Part shown: positions 27,782 through 37,683 of the stretch, one piece after another
Position numbering within the stretch: the stretch's first letter is position 1
Layout of the letters: each line of letters opens with the position of its first letter
Assembly: GCA_900290245.1 (NCBI GenBank)
Contig: OKRB01000108.1
Span: forward strand, 47,541-111,540
DNA length: 64,000 nucleotides
Origin: Candidatus Sulfotelmatomonas gaucii
Lineage (GTDB): Bacteria > Acidobacteriota > Terriglobia > Terriglobales > Acidobacteriaceae
Direction of reading: 5' to 3'
The notes under the pieces: generated by a model
Databases searched by the model: none
What the model saw: the letters and a program-made list of their open reading frames with translations, nothing else
What the model was told of the DNA's origin: nothing
Made by a program: the position numbers and the translations under genes

Positions 27782-29164
27782 TTACGCGTTCTCTTTCACT
27801 TTCCAGTCGCGCTGTTCCGCCACGAGCTGCTTGAAGATGCGGCCGCGTTCCTCGTAATTTTCAAACTGGTCGAAGCTGGAGCATGCCGGCGCCAACAACA
27901 CCACCTCGCCTGGCCGTGCCGCAGCCGCCGCAGCCTTCACGGCATTGGCGAGCGTCTCGCAAGATTGGATCGGCGCAATCCCGCGCAACTCCGATTCGAT
28001 TCTGCCCGCCGCCGCGCCGATGGTGTACACCGTGCGCACGCGCTCGCGCAGCAGCCGCTCCAGCGGCGCGTAGGGCGCGCCCTTGTCCTTGCCGCCGAGA
28101 ATCAGGTGGATGCCCCCAGCAAACGCCGCAATCGCCTTGGCTGTCGCATCTACGTTGGTCGCCTTCGAGTCGTTGTAGTACTCCACTCCATTGATCGCGG
28201 CAACAAACTCCAGCCGGTGCTCCACTGCCTGAAACTTTTCGACGGCGCCGGCAATGGTCTCCGCCGGCACCCTCGCGAGTCGCGCGGCGCACACCGCTGC
28301 CAGCACATTCTCCACGTTATGCTGGCCCTTCAGCGGAATCTTGTTCACCGGCATCACGCGCTCGATGGACCCTTGGTGAACGGCGCGATAGACCACCCAG
28401 CCTCTTTCTTGAAACGCGCCGGGCGACACCGAGTGTTTGGCCGAAAACCAGTACACCGGCGCCTGCGAACGGACAGCCGCAGCTTCCGTCCGCTCATCGT
28501 CTGCATTCACCACGAGTGAGTCGTTCTCGTCCTGCCTGGCAAAGATTCGCTCCTTGGCCATCGCATAGTTCTCAAACGTGCCGTGCCGGTCCAGGTGATC
28601 GGGCGTGATGTTCAGGATCACCCCAATCGCAGGATGGAACTGCTCCGTGCTCTCAAGCTGAAAGCTCGAAACCTCGAGTACCGACCACGTGTCCTCCGTG
28701 CTCTGCTCGATCAGGCCCACCACCGGCACGCCGATGTTGCCCGCCACCAGCGTGCGATAACCGGCCGCTTTCAGGATTTCGCCTGCAAGGGCCGTTGTTG
28801 TCGTCTTCCCATTCGATCCCGTGATGGCCAGAATCTTTCCCTTGAGGAAACGCGCAGCCAGCTCCAGCTCGCCGATAATCGGCCGCCCTACGTTCCTGGC
28901 CTGCACCAGCTCCGCCGTCTCCAGCGGCACCCCGGGACTCACCACGATCACATCCTGTCGGCGAAAAGTCAGCAACCCATGCCCGCCGGCCTCCACCATA
29001 ATTCCCTCATCCAGGAGCGCAGGGATCTCCTTGGCCAGCGACTCGGCCGACCGGATATCGGAAACCGTCACCTGCGCGCCTTGATGCCGCAAAAACAGCG
29101 CCGCCGCAAGCCCGGATTTCCCCAGGCCCACCACCAGAACCTTTTTGCCCTTCAGCTCCATCAT
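27782..29164 (-). CDS. murD: UDP-MurNAc-L-Ala--D-Glu ligase
   Basis: VVGLGKSG, ITGSNGKTTTT, LEVSSFQLE, NITPDHLDRH, NDSKATN, LAPACSSFDQF. Confidence 0.97.
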   Translation of the reverse strand: MMELKGKKVLVVGLGKSGLAAALFLRHQGAQVTVSDIRSAESLAKEIPALLDEGIMVEAGGHGLLTFRRQDVIVVSPGVPLETAELVQARNVGRPIIGELELAARFLKGKILAITGSNGKTTTTALAGEILKAAGYRTLVAGNIGVPVVGLIEQSTEDTWSVLEVSSFQLESTEQFHPAIGVILNITPDHLDRHGTFENYAMAKERIFARQDENDSLVVNADDERTEAAAVRSQAPVYWFSAKHSVSPGAFQERGWVVYRAVHQGSIERVMPVNKIPLKGQHNVENVLAAVCAARLARVPAETIAGAVEKFQAVEHRLEFVAAINGVEYYNDSKATNVDATAKAIAAFAGGIHLILGGKDKGAPYAPLERLLRERVRTVYTIGAAAGRIESELRGIAPIQSCETLANAVKAAAAAARPGEVVLLAPACSSFDQFENYEERGRIFKQLVAEQRDWKVKENA

Positions 29165-29234
29165 CCTGATCGATCCTTAAGGCCGGGTGCGACAACTTTA
29201 TTGTGCACCGCGCACCGCGCGCCGCGGGCTGTGC

Positions 29235-30371
29235 CTAACGCAATTTCAGCGTAGTGAGTGCAAACAATGCAAACACCAGTGCGCCGATCCAGAAGCGAAC
29301 GATGATTTTCGACTCGCTCCAGCCCAGTTGTTCGAAGTGGTGATGCAACGGCGCCATCTTGAAAATACGCTTCTTGCGCAGCTTGTAGCTGCCCACCTGC
29401 AGCAGCACCGACACCGCCTCGATAATAAAAATGCCGCCAATAAACGGCAGCAGCAGCTCCTGCCGGATGATGATGGCGACGGTGCCGATGGCCCCGCCCA
29501 GAGCCAGCGAGCCCACGTCGCCCATAAAGATCTCCGCCGGATGGGCGTTGTACCAAAGGAAACCGATCGACGCGCCCACCATCGATCCGCAGAACACCGT
29601 CAGCTCGCCCACCATGGGCATGCGCTGCAGCTCAAGGTAATCGGCAAAGACCACGTGGCCGCTCACATAGGTGAGCACCGCCAGCGCAGCGGCGGCGATA
29701 ATCGTGCAGCCGATGGCCAGCCCGTCCAGCCCATCCGTCAGATTTACGGCGTTCGACGTGCCCACCAGCCAAAGCATCACCCAGATCACGAACGGCACAA
29801 ACGCGAACAGCGCGAGATGCGGAATCGTGCTCGGCCACGCATGCCACAGCAAGTCAGGCCGCAGGCTCTTGATGAACGGCACAGAAACCCTGGTCGAGAA
29901 AAGCTTGAATTGATCCATCGCCACCAGCGCCGCAGCCACCAGCAACCCCACCATGCATTGCCAAAACAGCTTGGCGCGCACCGTCAGCCCCAGGTTGCGC
30001 CGCTGCACCACCTTGATGTAGTCGTCAGCGAAGCCGATGGCGCCGAAGGCGAACGTCGAAAACACGGTGATCCAGATAAATGGATTGGCGGGATCGGACC
30101 ACAGCACCGTCGGCAGCAGAATCGCAATGCCGATCAGCACGCCGCCCATCGTCGGGGTTCCGGTCTTCTTCAAGTGCGATTGTGGCCCGTCTTCGCGCAC
30201 AAACTGCCCGATCTGGAACTCGCGCAGCTTTTGAATCACCCAGGGGCCTATGAACAGCGCAATCAGCAGCGCGGTGAGCGAAGCAAACGCCGTACGAAAC
30301 GTCAGGTAGCGGAAGATCCGGAACGGGTGAAAGAACGGAAACAGCTTTTCGTACAGCAGCCAGTAAAGCAA
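29235..30371 (-). CDS. mraY: Phospho-MurNAc-pentapeptide translocase
   Basis: [48 protein letters not shown]; TTG start after GGAGG. Confidence 0.97.
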   Translation of the reverse strand: MLYWLLYEKLFPFFHPFRIFRYLTFRTAFASLTALLIALFIGPWVIQKLREFQIGQFVREDGPQSHLKKTGTPTMGGVLIGIAILLPTVLWSDPANPFIWITVFSTFAFGAIGFADDYIKVVQRRNLGLTVRAKLFWQCMVGLLVAAALVAMDQFKLFSTRVSVPFIKSLRPDLLWHAWPSTIPHLALFAFVPFVIWVMLWLVGTSNAVNLTDGLDGLAIGCTIIAAAALAVLTYVSGHVVFADYLELQRMPMVGELTVFCGSMVGASIGFLWYNAHPAEIFMGDVGSLALGGAIGTVAIIIRQELLLPFIGGIFIIEAVSVLLQVGSYKLRKKRIFKMAPLHHHFEQLGWSESKIIVRFWIGALVFALFALTTLKLR

Positions 30372-30544
30372 GGATCCTCCAGACCTTGATGAGACGGGTT
30401 TCAGGATGATTCTACCGTTACGGGGCCTGGCGCAGACCGGCGCGCATGCGATGCCGCATCTGCAACGACATCTCCGCGCTGCCACCAGCGGCCCGCGAGC
30501 GGGAATTACAATTTTTGTAGTTCAGTTGAGAGGATGGATTTGCG

Positions 30545-32890
30545 GTGAAACGAATTCATAAGTTTGCGTCGGCTTCAGAGATCGGTCTCTCGATTCACCT
30601 TTCACGACATTTCGCGCTGGCATGTGCTCTGCTTCTTTTTGCCGGCGTCGCCGTTGCCCAATCTCCTGCACCCACCGGGCCCGCCGCCAGCGTTAACCCG
30701 CTGATCGGTACCGGCGACGGACCGGGCGGCAATATCAACTTGTTCCCCGGCGCCACCACCCCGTTCGGCATGGTGCAGCTCAGCCCCGACACTGAGGGCC
30801 ACGGCTATGGCTATCACTACGGCCAATACGACATCCAGGGCTTCAGCTTGACGCATATGAGCGGCCCCGGCTGCACCAACGAGGGCGACGTGTCTTTCAC
30901 CGCGACCACCGGACCGCTCCATACGCTTGTGAATGACTACAAGTCTCCGTTCTCGCACAGCGCTGAATCCGCCGCGCCCGGGTACTACCAGGTAAAGCTG
31001 CTGCAGTGGGACATCGACGCCCAGTTGTCCGCAACCGACCGCACCGGTATCGCGAAGTTCACCTTTCCCGCCGGCGCGCCCGCCAATATTCTTGTGCCCG
31101 TCAGCCACACGCTGAACTTCACGACCGCGGCGTCCGTCCAGATCGTCGGCGATCACCAGGTCGAGGGCTATGTTGAAGACCGCGCCTTCTGCGGCAACCA
31201 GCAAACCTACAAAGTCTACTTCGTGATGGATTTCAGCCGGCCGTTTGCGCGGTTCGGCACCTGGAACGACCCGAATGCCCGTGGCCCCGAATCCATCGAA
31301 GAAGGCAGCCGCACCGCAACTCAGTCGGCGCCGTTCAAGTGGATCGGCGCCTACCTCACCTGGCCGTTCGAGGAGCATCCGCAAACCGTGACCGTGAAAA
31401 TCGGCATCTCCTACGTCGACCTCGACGGAGCCAGAAACAATCTCAAGGTCGAGTCGGCAGGCAAGGATTTCTCCGCGATTCGCAGTGATGCGCTGGCCGC
31501 CTGGAACCGGGCTCTGGGCTCGATTGATGTCTCGGGAGGCACTGCCGCCGAGCGCTCTGTCTTTTACACCGCGCTCTATCACAGCCTTCTCATGCCCAGC
31601 ATATTCAGCGATGCCGACGGGCGCTATCTCGGCTTCGACGGCAAAATCCATCAGGTCGAGCAGGGCCATCTCATCTACGCCAACTACTCAGGCTGGGACA
31701 TCTATCGCAGCGAAATGCCGTTGCTGGCAATGATCGAACCGCGCCGCATGGAAGACATGGCGCAATCCGTCGTCCTCATGTACCAGCAGGGCGGCTGGGT
31801 CGACCGCTGGCCGCAGATCAATCTCTACACCAATGTGATGTCAGGCAGCCCGCTCACCGTGTCGCTGGCCGCCGCGTGGCTCGGCGGTCTGCACGGATTC
31901 GACATGAAGACTGCCTGGGAGGGGATGCTCAAAGACGCAACCGAGGCTCCGCCGCCCGGCCATCCCTACAAAGGCGAAGACGGCATCGACTGGATCAACA
32001 AAGTTCACTTCGTGCCCGATGACAAAGTCACCTACGGTTCCGTCTCGCAGATTCAGGAAGACGCGATCGCCTACGCGTCGCTCTACCGTCTCGCGCTGGA
32101 CCTGGGAAAACCCGATGACGCCAAAATGCTCTACGACCGCGCCATCGATGAGCGCAACGTCTTTGACACCCAAGACCGCTTCTTCCGCCCGCGCAACGCC
32201 GACGGCCAGTGGGTTCCGAACTTCGATCCCGTGCAAGACGGCCACGGTTTCATTGAAGGAACTGGCTGGCACTATCAATGGCTCGCGCCGTCTGATATGG
32301 CATGGCTCGTTCACGCCGTCGGGCCCGACCTCTTCAACCAGCGCCTCTCGGAATTCTTCAATTACAAATTGCCGGGCTGGTACGGCCAGTACTACAGCCC
32401 CTACAACGAAACCGATCTTGAAGCGCCCTTCGAATTCAACTTCTCCGGTCGTCCGTGGGAAACGCAGCGTGTCGTCCGCCGCGTGCTCAACGAAAACTAC
32501 ACCGCAACTCCCGACGGCGTTCCCGGCAACGACGATTGCGGCGAGATGTCCTCGTGGGCGGTTCTCAGCATGATGGGCATTTACACCGTCGATCCGGCAA
32601 GCCTTGCCTACGAACTTGTCGGCCCGGTCTTCCCCAAGGTCGTCGTTCATCTCCACGATCCCTATCCGGGCAAGACTTTCACCATTGTCGCCACAGACGC
32701 GGCCGGCAACTCGCCGTATATCGAGAGCGCGGATCTGAACGGACATCCACATCACGAAAACTGGGTCTCGTTCCACGACATCGCTGCCGGCGGTACGCTC
32801 CACTTCACGCTCGGCACCGCTCCCAATCACGCATGGGGCGCTGCGCCGCAAGATGCGCCGCCCTCGCTGAGCATCGAGCAACAGCAATGA
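30545..32890 (+). CDS. GH92 alpha-mannosidase
   Basis: FPGATTPFGMVQLSPDT, FYTALYHSL, SGWDIYR, GNDDCGEMSSW; signal peptide. Confidence 0.92.
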   Translation: MKRIHKFASASEIGLSIHLSRHFALACALLLFAGVAVAQSPAPTGPAASVNPLIGTGDGPGGNINLFPGATTPFGMVQLSPDTEGHGYGYHYGQYDIQGFSLTHMSGPGCTNEGDVSFTATTGPLHTLVNDYKSPFSHSAESAAPGYYQVKLLQWDIDAQLSATDRTGIAKFTFPAGAPANILVPVSHTLNFTTAASVQIVGDHQVEGYVEDRAFCGNQQTYKVYFVMDFSRPFARFGTWNDPNARGPESIEEGSRTATQSAPFKWIGAYLTWPFEEHPQTVTVKIGISYVDLDGARNNLKVESAGKDFSAIRSDALAAWNRALGSIDVSGGTAAERSVFYTALYHSLLMPSIFSDADGRYLGFDGKIHQVEQGHLIYANYSGWDIYRSEMPLLAMIEPRRMEDMAQSVVLMYQQGGWVDRWPQINLYTNVMSGSPLTVSLAAAWLGGLHGFDMKTAWEGMLKDATEAPPPGHPYKGEDGIDWINKVHFVPDDKVTYGSVSQIQEDAIAYASLYRLALDLGKPDDAKMLYDRAIDERNVFDTQDRFFRPRNADGQWVPNFDPVQDGHGFIEGTGWHYQWLAPSDMAWLVHAVGPDLFNQRLSEFFNYKLPGWYGQYYSPYNETDLEAPFEFNFSGRPWETQRVVRRVLNENYTATPDGVPGNDDCGEMSSWAVLSMMGIYTVDPASLAYELVGPVFPKVVVHLHDPYPGKTFTIVATDAAGNSPYIESADLNGHPHHENWVSFHDIAAGGTLHFTLGTAPNHAWGAAPQDAPPSLSIEQQQ

Positions 32891-32926
32891 GGCCGATTTG
32901 AGATCGCTGCATTATTAACCTCCGCT

Positions 32927-32974
32927 TGTCATCCTGAGCGGAGTCCGCTGCGGCGGACGAAGCCGAAGGATCTG
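32927..32974 (+). repeat. Palindromic element family B
   Basis: tgtcatcctgag-cgga-gtccgc-tgcg-gcggac-gaagc-cgaaggatct; flanks shared with the copy at 49899. Confidence 0.7.
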
Positions 32975-32992
32975 CATTTGCTTTAAATCGAT

Positions 32993-33035
32993 GTTGCCCC
33001 ATCCTTTCGCGCCTTTTTGCGAAAGGGTGGGAACC
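32993..33035 (+). repeat. REP family A palindrome
   Basis: gttgcccc-atcctttcgc-gccttttt-gcgaaagggtggg-aacc. Confidence 0.8.
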
Positions 33036-33077
33036 GGCTCAACCGGTCTTGAAACATTCAACAACAAGGGATACTCC

Positions 33078-34403
33078 ATGAAGAAATCAACCCTCATTTT
33101 GATTTGCATGATCGTCGCGCTGACCGTGCCCCTCGCTCCCGCGCAAGCCCCCGGCGCATCCGTCGCGAAAAACGACGCCGAGCTCGCCAAACAAATCCGC
33201 GCCGACCAATCGCTGCGCCATGTGCATCAGATGGCGCTCGACCTGCTCAAGGGCGGCCTTAACGCCGGGAGCGGTTACAGGCAGGTCTGGATTCGCGACA
33301 TGAATACCTTCATTGAATTGTCGCTTGAAGCCAATCCGCCCGCGCTCCTCCGCGACGCGCTGCTCACGTTCTTCAAGTTTCAAGGCCCGCTGGGTGACAT
33401 CGTCGACGGCTACCGCACCCTCGACCCCGCGCAAAAGGAGAAGCCCTACCGCCTCACTCCGCTCGCTCCCGGGCTCACCTCCTACAAGAACACCGTCGAG
33501 GTTGACCAGGAATCCTCGCTGGTGCAGGCCGTCTACAAGTACGTCACCGTCACCGGCGATCGCTCCATCCTCGATGAGCGCATCGCCGATCGAACCGTCC
33601 GCGATCGCATGGGCTTTGCCATGCAATACCTCCTCACCCAGCGCTACGACCCGCAGCACGATCTGATCTGGAGCGCCACCCGCGCCGATTGGGGCGACGT
33701 GCAGCCGGAGTCGCCGCGAGGCGTCTGGCTCGACGCAAATTCGCATCGCGCCCTCTCGGTCTACGACAATGCCATGCTGCTCCTCGCCATCAATGACTAT
33801 CTCCAGCTCATCGGCCCAAACGATCCCCAGGCCGCTCATTGGCGCAAAACCCGCGATGAACTCAAACGAAACATCCGTAAATACCTCTGGGATGCGAAGG
33901 ATCAGAAGTTCATCCCGCATGTCTATCTCGACGGCTCGCCGTTCCCCAAAGATTTCGACGAGAACGCGATCAACTACCACGGCGGTACGGCGGTCGCCAT
34001 CGAAGCCGGCGTCCTCACACACAAGGAGGTCGCTCACGCCGTCACCCGCATGGATGCCGATGTGCGCGACGCTGGCGCAGCCACCATCGGCCTCACCATG
34101 TACCCGGCGTACCCGCTTGGCTTTTTCAAGAATCCGGAATTGACCGCGCCCTACACCTACCAGAACGGCGGCGACTGGACCTGGTTCGGCGGGCGCATGG
34201 TCCAGGACCTTGTCGAAGAGGGATACGCCGCCGATGCCTATCGCGAGATCCGGCCGATGATCGCGCGCGTCGAGCGGGTCAAAGGCTTTTACGAGTGGTG
34301 GACGCGCGACAACCACCCCCGCGGCTCCGCCAATTTCCGCGGCTCCGCCGGCGTCCTTGGCCGCGCCATCGAATTACTCGAAGCCTGGGCCGAGAAGCAT
34401 TAA
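33078..34403 (+). CDS. Secreted six-hairpin (alpha/alpha)6 glycosidase-like protein
   Basis: Signal peptide; VWIRD, DWGDVQPE, YQNGGDWTW and FYEWW motifs typical of inverting six-hairpin GHs; family not resolved. Confidence 0.6.
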   Translation: MKKSTLILICMIVALTVPLAPAQAPGASVAKNDAELAKQIRADQSLRHVHQMALDLLKGGLNAGSGYRQVWIRDMNTFIELSLEANPPALLRDALLTFFKFQGPLGDIVDGYRTLDPAQKEKPYRLTPLAPGLTSYKNTVEVDQESSLVQAVYKYVTVTGDRSILDERIADRTVRDRMGFAMQYLLTQRYDPQHDLIWSATRADWGDVQPESPRGVWLDANSHRALSVYDNAMLLLAINDYLQLIGPNDPQAAHWRKTRDELKRNIRKYLWDAKDQKFIPHVYLDGSPFPKDFDENAINYHGGTAVAIEAGVLTHKEVAHAVTRMDADVRDAGAATIGLTMYPAYPLGFFKNPELTAPYTYQNGGDWTWFGGRMVQDLVEEGYAADAYREIRPMIARVERVKGFYEWWTRDNHPRGSANFRGSAGVLGRAIELLEAWAEKH

Positions 34404-34529
34404 GCGGTCTCTGGAGAATCCAAAGATAAGCATTCCGTCCAGGTGGGGCCGGGTGCCCGTTGCACATTGTTAGAGCCTTGGATATGGGTATAGAATCGTG
34501 CCGTCTTTCCAGTCAAAGAGGAGGTTCCA

Positions 34530-35057
34530 GTGAAATCGACAAGCTATTCGAGCCTGTTGCCGAGAGTTCTCGTCGTTCTTGGAGACCTGGGCATGCTGGT
34601 TGGCGCGATTGATCCAATGGAGGGATCGGCAGTGATTCTTCCGGGCTGTGGCTTGGTGGCGCTTGGCACCTACCTCGAGCGAGGCGAACGCCGGTTGATT
34701 ACTTACAGGGTTTTGGTCTTCATTCTAGTTGCGGTTGGAGTGGGAGCGCTGTGGGCGTTGAGCAGTCTCGGAGGCTTTGGAGGCGGCTCTGGACATTCCA
34801 TGTGGTGGGGAATGCTGATTCTGCCCTATCTGATTGGCTGGTCGATGGGGATTTGGGGACCGGGGTCTCCGCGCTGGATGCTATGGCTCGGCATGGCGGT
34901 CAGTCTTTGGTATCTTGCACTGGCCGTGATGGTCCAGCTGCATCCGCGGCCGTCGCACAACCTTGTGAGTGTGGTCATGGGCGCCCTCGGCTTGCTGACC
35001 ATCGGTGGTTGCATCAGCCGGCTAAGAAACCAAGCCTCCACAAGCGGCACCTCTTAG
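34530..35057 (+). CDS. Hypothetical multi-pass membrane protein
   Basis: GAGGAGG RBS, GTG start, about six hydrophobic segments. Confidence 0.65.
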   Translation: MKSTSYSSLLPRVLVVLGDLGMLVGAIDPMEGSAVILPGCGLVALGTYLERGERRLITYRVLVFILVAVGVGALWALSSLGGFGGGSGHSMWWGMLILPYLIGWSMGIWGPGSPRWMLWLGMAVSLWYLALAVMVQLHPRPSHNLVSVVMGALGLLTIGGCISRLRNQASTSGTS

Positions 35058-35100
35058 CACCAAGTTGGAGCCAACACCCAACCGCACTTTGAGCTGCTTT

Positions 35101-36180
<1,080 letters not shown>

Positions 36181-36280
36181 TCAATGGCACAATGCCACTC
36201 ATTCCAAACTGCAGCCGCGAAGAGATCGAAAAATCCGTGCAAGTTCTTTTTCGATTGAAAAAATGGAGGCCTCAAGCCGC

Positions 36281-36898
36281 CTAAGCCTTTACAAACGTCG
36301 TTAACCCCCGGCGGGTGCGCTCGCGAAGTTGGCAGTTCCGCAATTCATCCGCGAGAGACTCCGGGTGAGGTACTCCATAGATTGAAAAATTCTCGAGTTC
36401 CGCATCGGATGAAAACAGATGCAGGGATGCCTGGCCAAGCAAACGCTTCCCCAGCGGTTTGCGCAACTCAAAATGGTCAATGCGAAACAGTTCGAGCGAC
36501 TCCTGAACTTTCGAAAGCAGGCCGCGCTCCAGTTTGATCCGTTGCGTTGTGATCTCGTAGTGGACTCTTCGGCTCCGCAGGTAGTAATGGATACCGATCG
36601 CTGCGCACGCGATTAGAAAACACAGGCTCAAATAAGCGATGCTGCGATCGGAGCTCCCAATGTACCCGGCCTTCATCAGGTATCCGACAATGATTGCGAC
36701 GGCGATCACGACGACAAACGGTGTCAGCTGACCGACGGTATAGATAACTGCCGGATGCCCGACGAACAGATCCTTTTCGGTTTCCTGCTCCTTTGTCGCT
36801 GAATACGCAGTCAGATCTGTGTTGCAGAAACGGCACTTGATTGCGGCGGCCTTGATGGTCTCACCGCAGACTGGACAGGTTTTCGTGTCAGCGTCCAT
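36281..36898 (-). CDS. Zinc-ribbon plus bacterial PH-domain membrane protein
   Basis: CPVCGETIKAAAIKCRFC; two TM segments; YEITTQRIKLERGLLS..ESLEL.RI pattern of bPH_2-like domains. Confidence 0.75.
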   Translation of the reverse strand: MDADTKTCPVCGETIKAAAIKCRFCNTDLTAYSATKEQETEKDLFVGHPAVIYTVGQLTPFVVVIAVAIIVGYLMKAGYIGSSDRSIAYLSLCFLIACAAIGIHYYLRSRRVHYEITTQRIKLERGLLSKVQESLELFRIDHFELRKPLGKRLLGQASLHLFSSDAELENFSIYGVPHPESLADELRNCQLRERTRRGLTTFVKA

Positions 36899-36916
36899 CC
36901 GTCTTTCCTCTCAAGC

Positions 36917-36944
36917 CAGAATCATAACCCCAGAATCATAACCC
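36917..36944. repeat. Exact 14-bp tandem duplication upstream of the PH-domain gene
   Basis: cagaatcataaccc x2; contains TATGAT on the minus strand. Confidence 0.8.
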
Positions 36945-36983
36945 ATGCCCTCGCCCGTCATGGCAGAGAACGAGGACCTCCGC

Positions 36984-37565
36984 TCACTCGACTTCGCCTG
37001 TGACGATGTCTGGAGCAAGCTCCGCTTCCCGCTCCGCAGACTCGGCCTCGCTCACGCCCATCGCCCTCACCACGCTGCTCAAGTGATGCCCGCGACGCAT
37101 CGTCATCTTTCCGCTGCGGCAAAGCTCCAGGACGCGCCCTTCGTCCTCGCGCAGAATCTCAATGAGCCCTTCTATCTTGCTTTCCACGCCGGTCATCTCA
37201 ATGATGAGCGACTCCGACGTCAGATCGACGATGCGCGCGCGGAAAACCTCTGCCAGATCGAAAATCTGCCCGCGGTTCTGCGGAGTCGCCGCAATCTTGA
37301 TCAGCGCCAGCTCGCGCGTCACTGAAGGCGCCTGGGCAATGTCGTCCACGTCAACAACATTCTCCAGTTTAAACAAGCTTGCGCGGATGCGGTGCCCTGC
37401 CTCCGCCGATGCCTCGGCGACGATTGTCATGCGGGAAAGTCCGGCGCGTTCGCTGCGCCCCACCGTCAGCGAAATGATGTTGATATTCAACCGCCGAAAC
37501 AGCGACGCGACGCGCGTCAGCACGCCCGGCAAATCTTCAACGTATGCAACAAATGTATGCAGCAT
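36984..37565 (-). CDS. ilvN: Acetolactate synthase small subunit
   Basis: VEDLPGVLTRVASLFRRLNINIISL, RELALIKI, FRARIVD, RSG. Confidence 0.95.
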   Translation of the reverse strand: MLHTFVAYVEDLPGVLTRVASLFRRLNINIISLTVGRSERAGLSRMTIVAEASAEAGHRIRASLFKLENVVDVDDIAQAPSVTRELALIKIAATPQNRGQIFDLAEVFRARIVDLTSESLIIEMTGVESKIEGLIEILREDEGRVLELCRSGKMTMRRGHHLSSVVRAMGVSEAESAEREAELAPDIVTGEVE

Positions 37566-37568
37566 AAA

Positions 37569-37677
37569 GCAGCTCCTAGCCTTTAGCTCCTAGCTTTTAG
37601 CCTTGCTTGTCAACCTCCGCTACTGCTCGTCGCCACATTCATGCAGCTAGGAGCTAGAAGCTAGCAGCTAGAAGCTG
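37569..37677 (-). repeat. Inverted AGCTNCT heptamer arms at the ilvB-ilvN junction
   Basis: Arms 37643-37677 and 37569-37602 pair on the mRNA strand over 33 positions with 4 mismatches and 4 G.U pairs. Confidence 0.8.
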
Positions 37678-37683
37678 TGTTTG

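Noticed and set aside
32991-33077. N-terminal extension MLPHPFAPFCERVG of the six-hairpin GH
   Set aside because: It is the translated REP; the SD-like sequence and signal peptide fit ATG 33078.
34448-34487. Possible REP family A copy (gggtgcccg...atatggg)
   Set aside because: Head and tail are present but there is no convincing stem; too degenerate to call.
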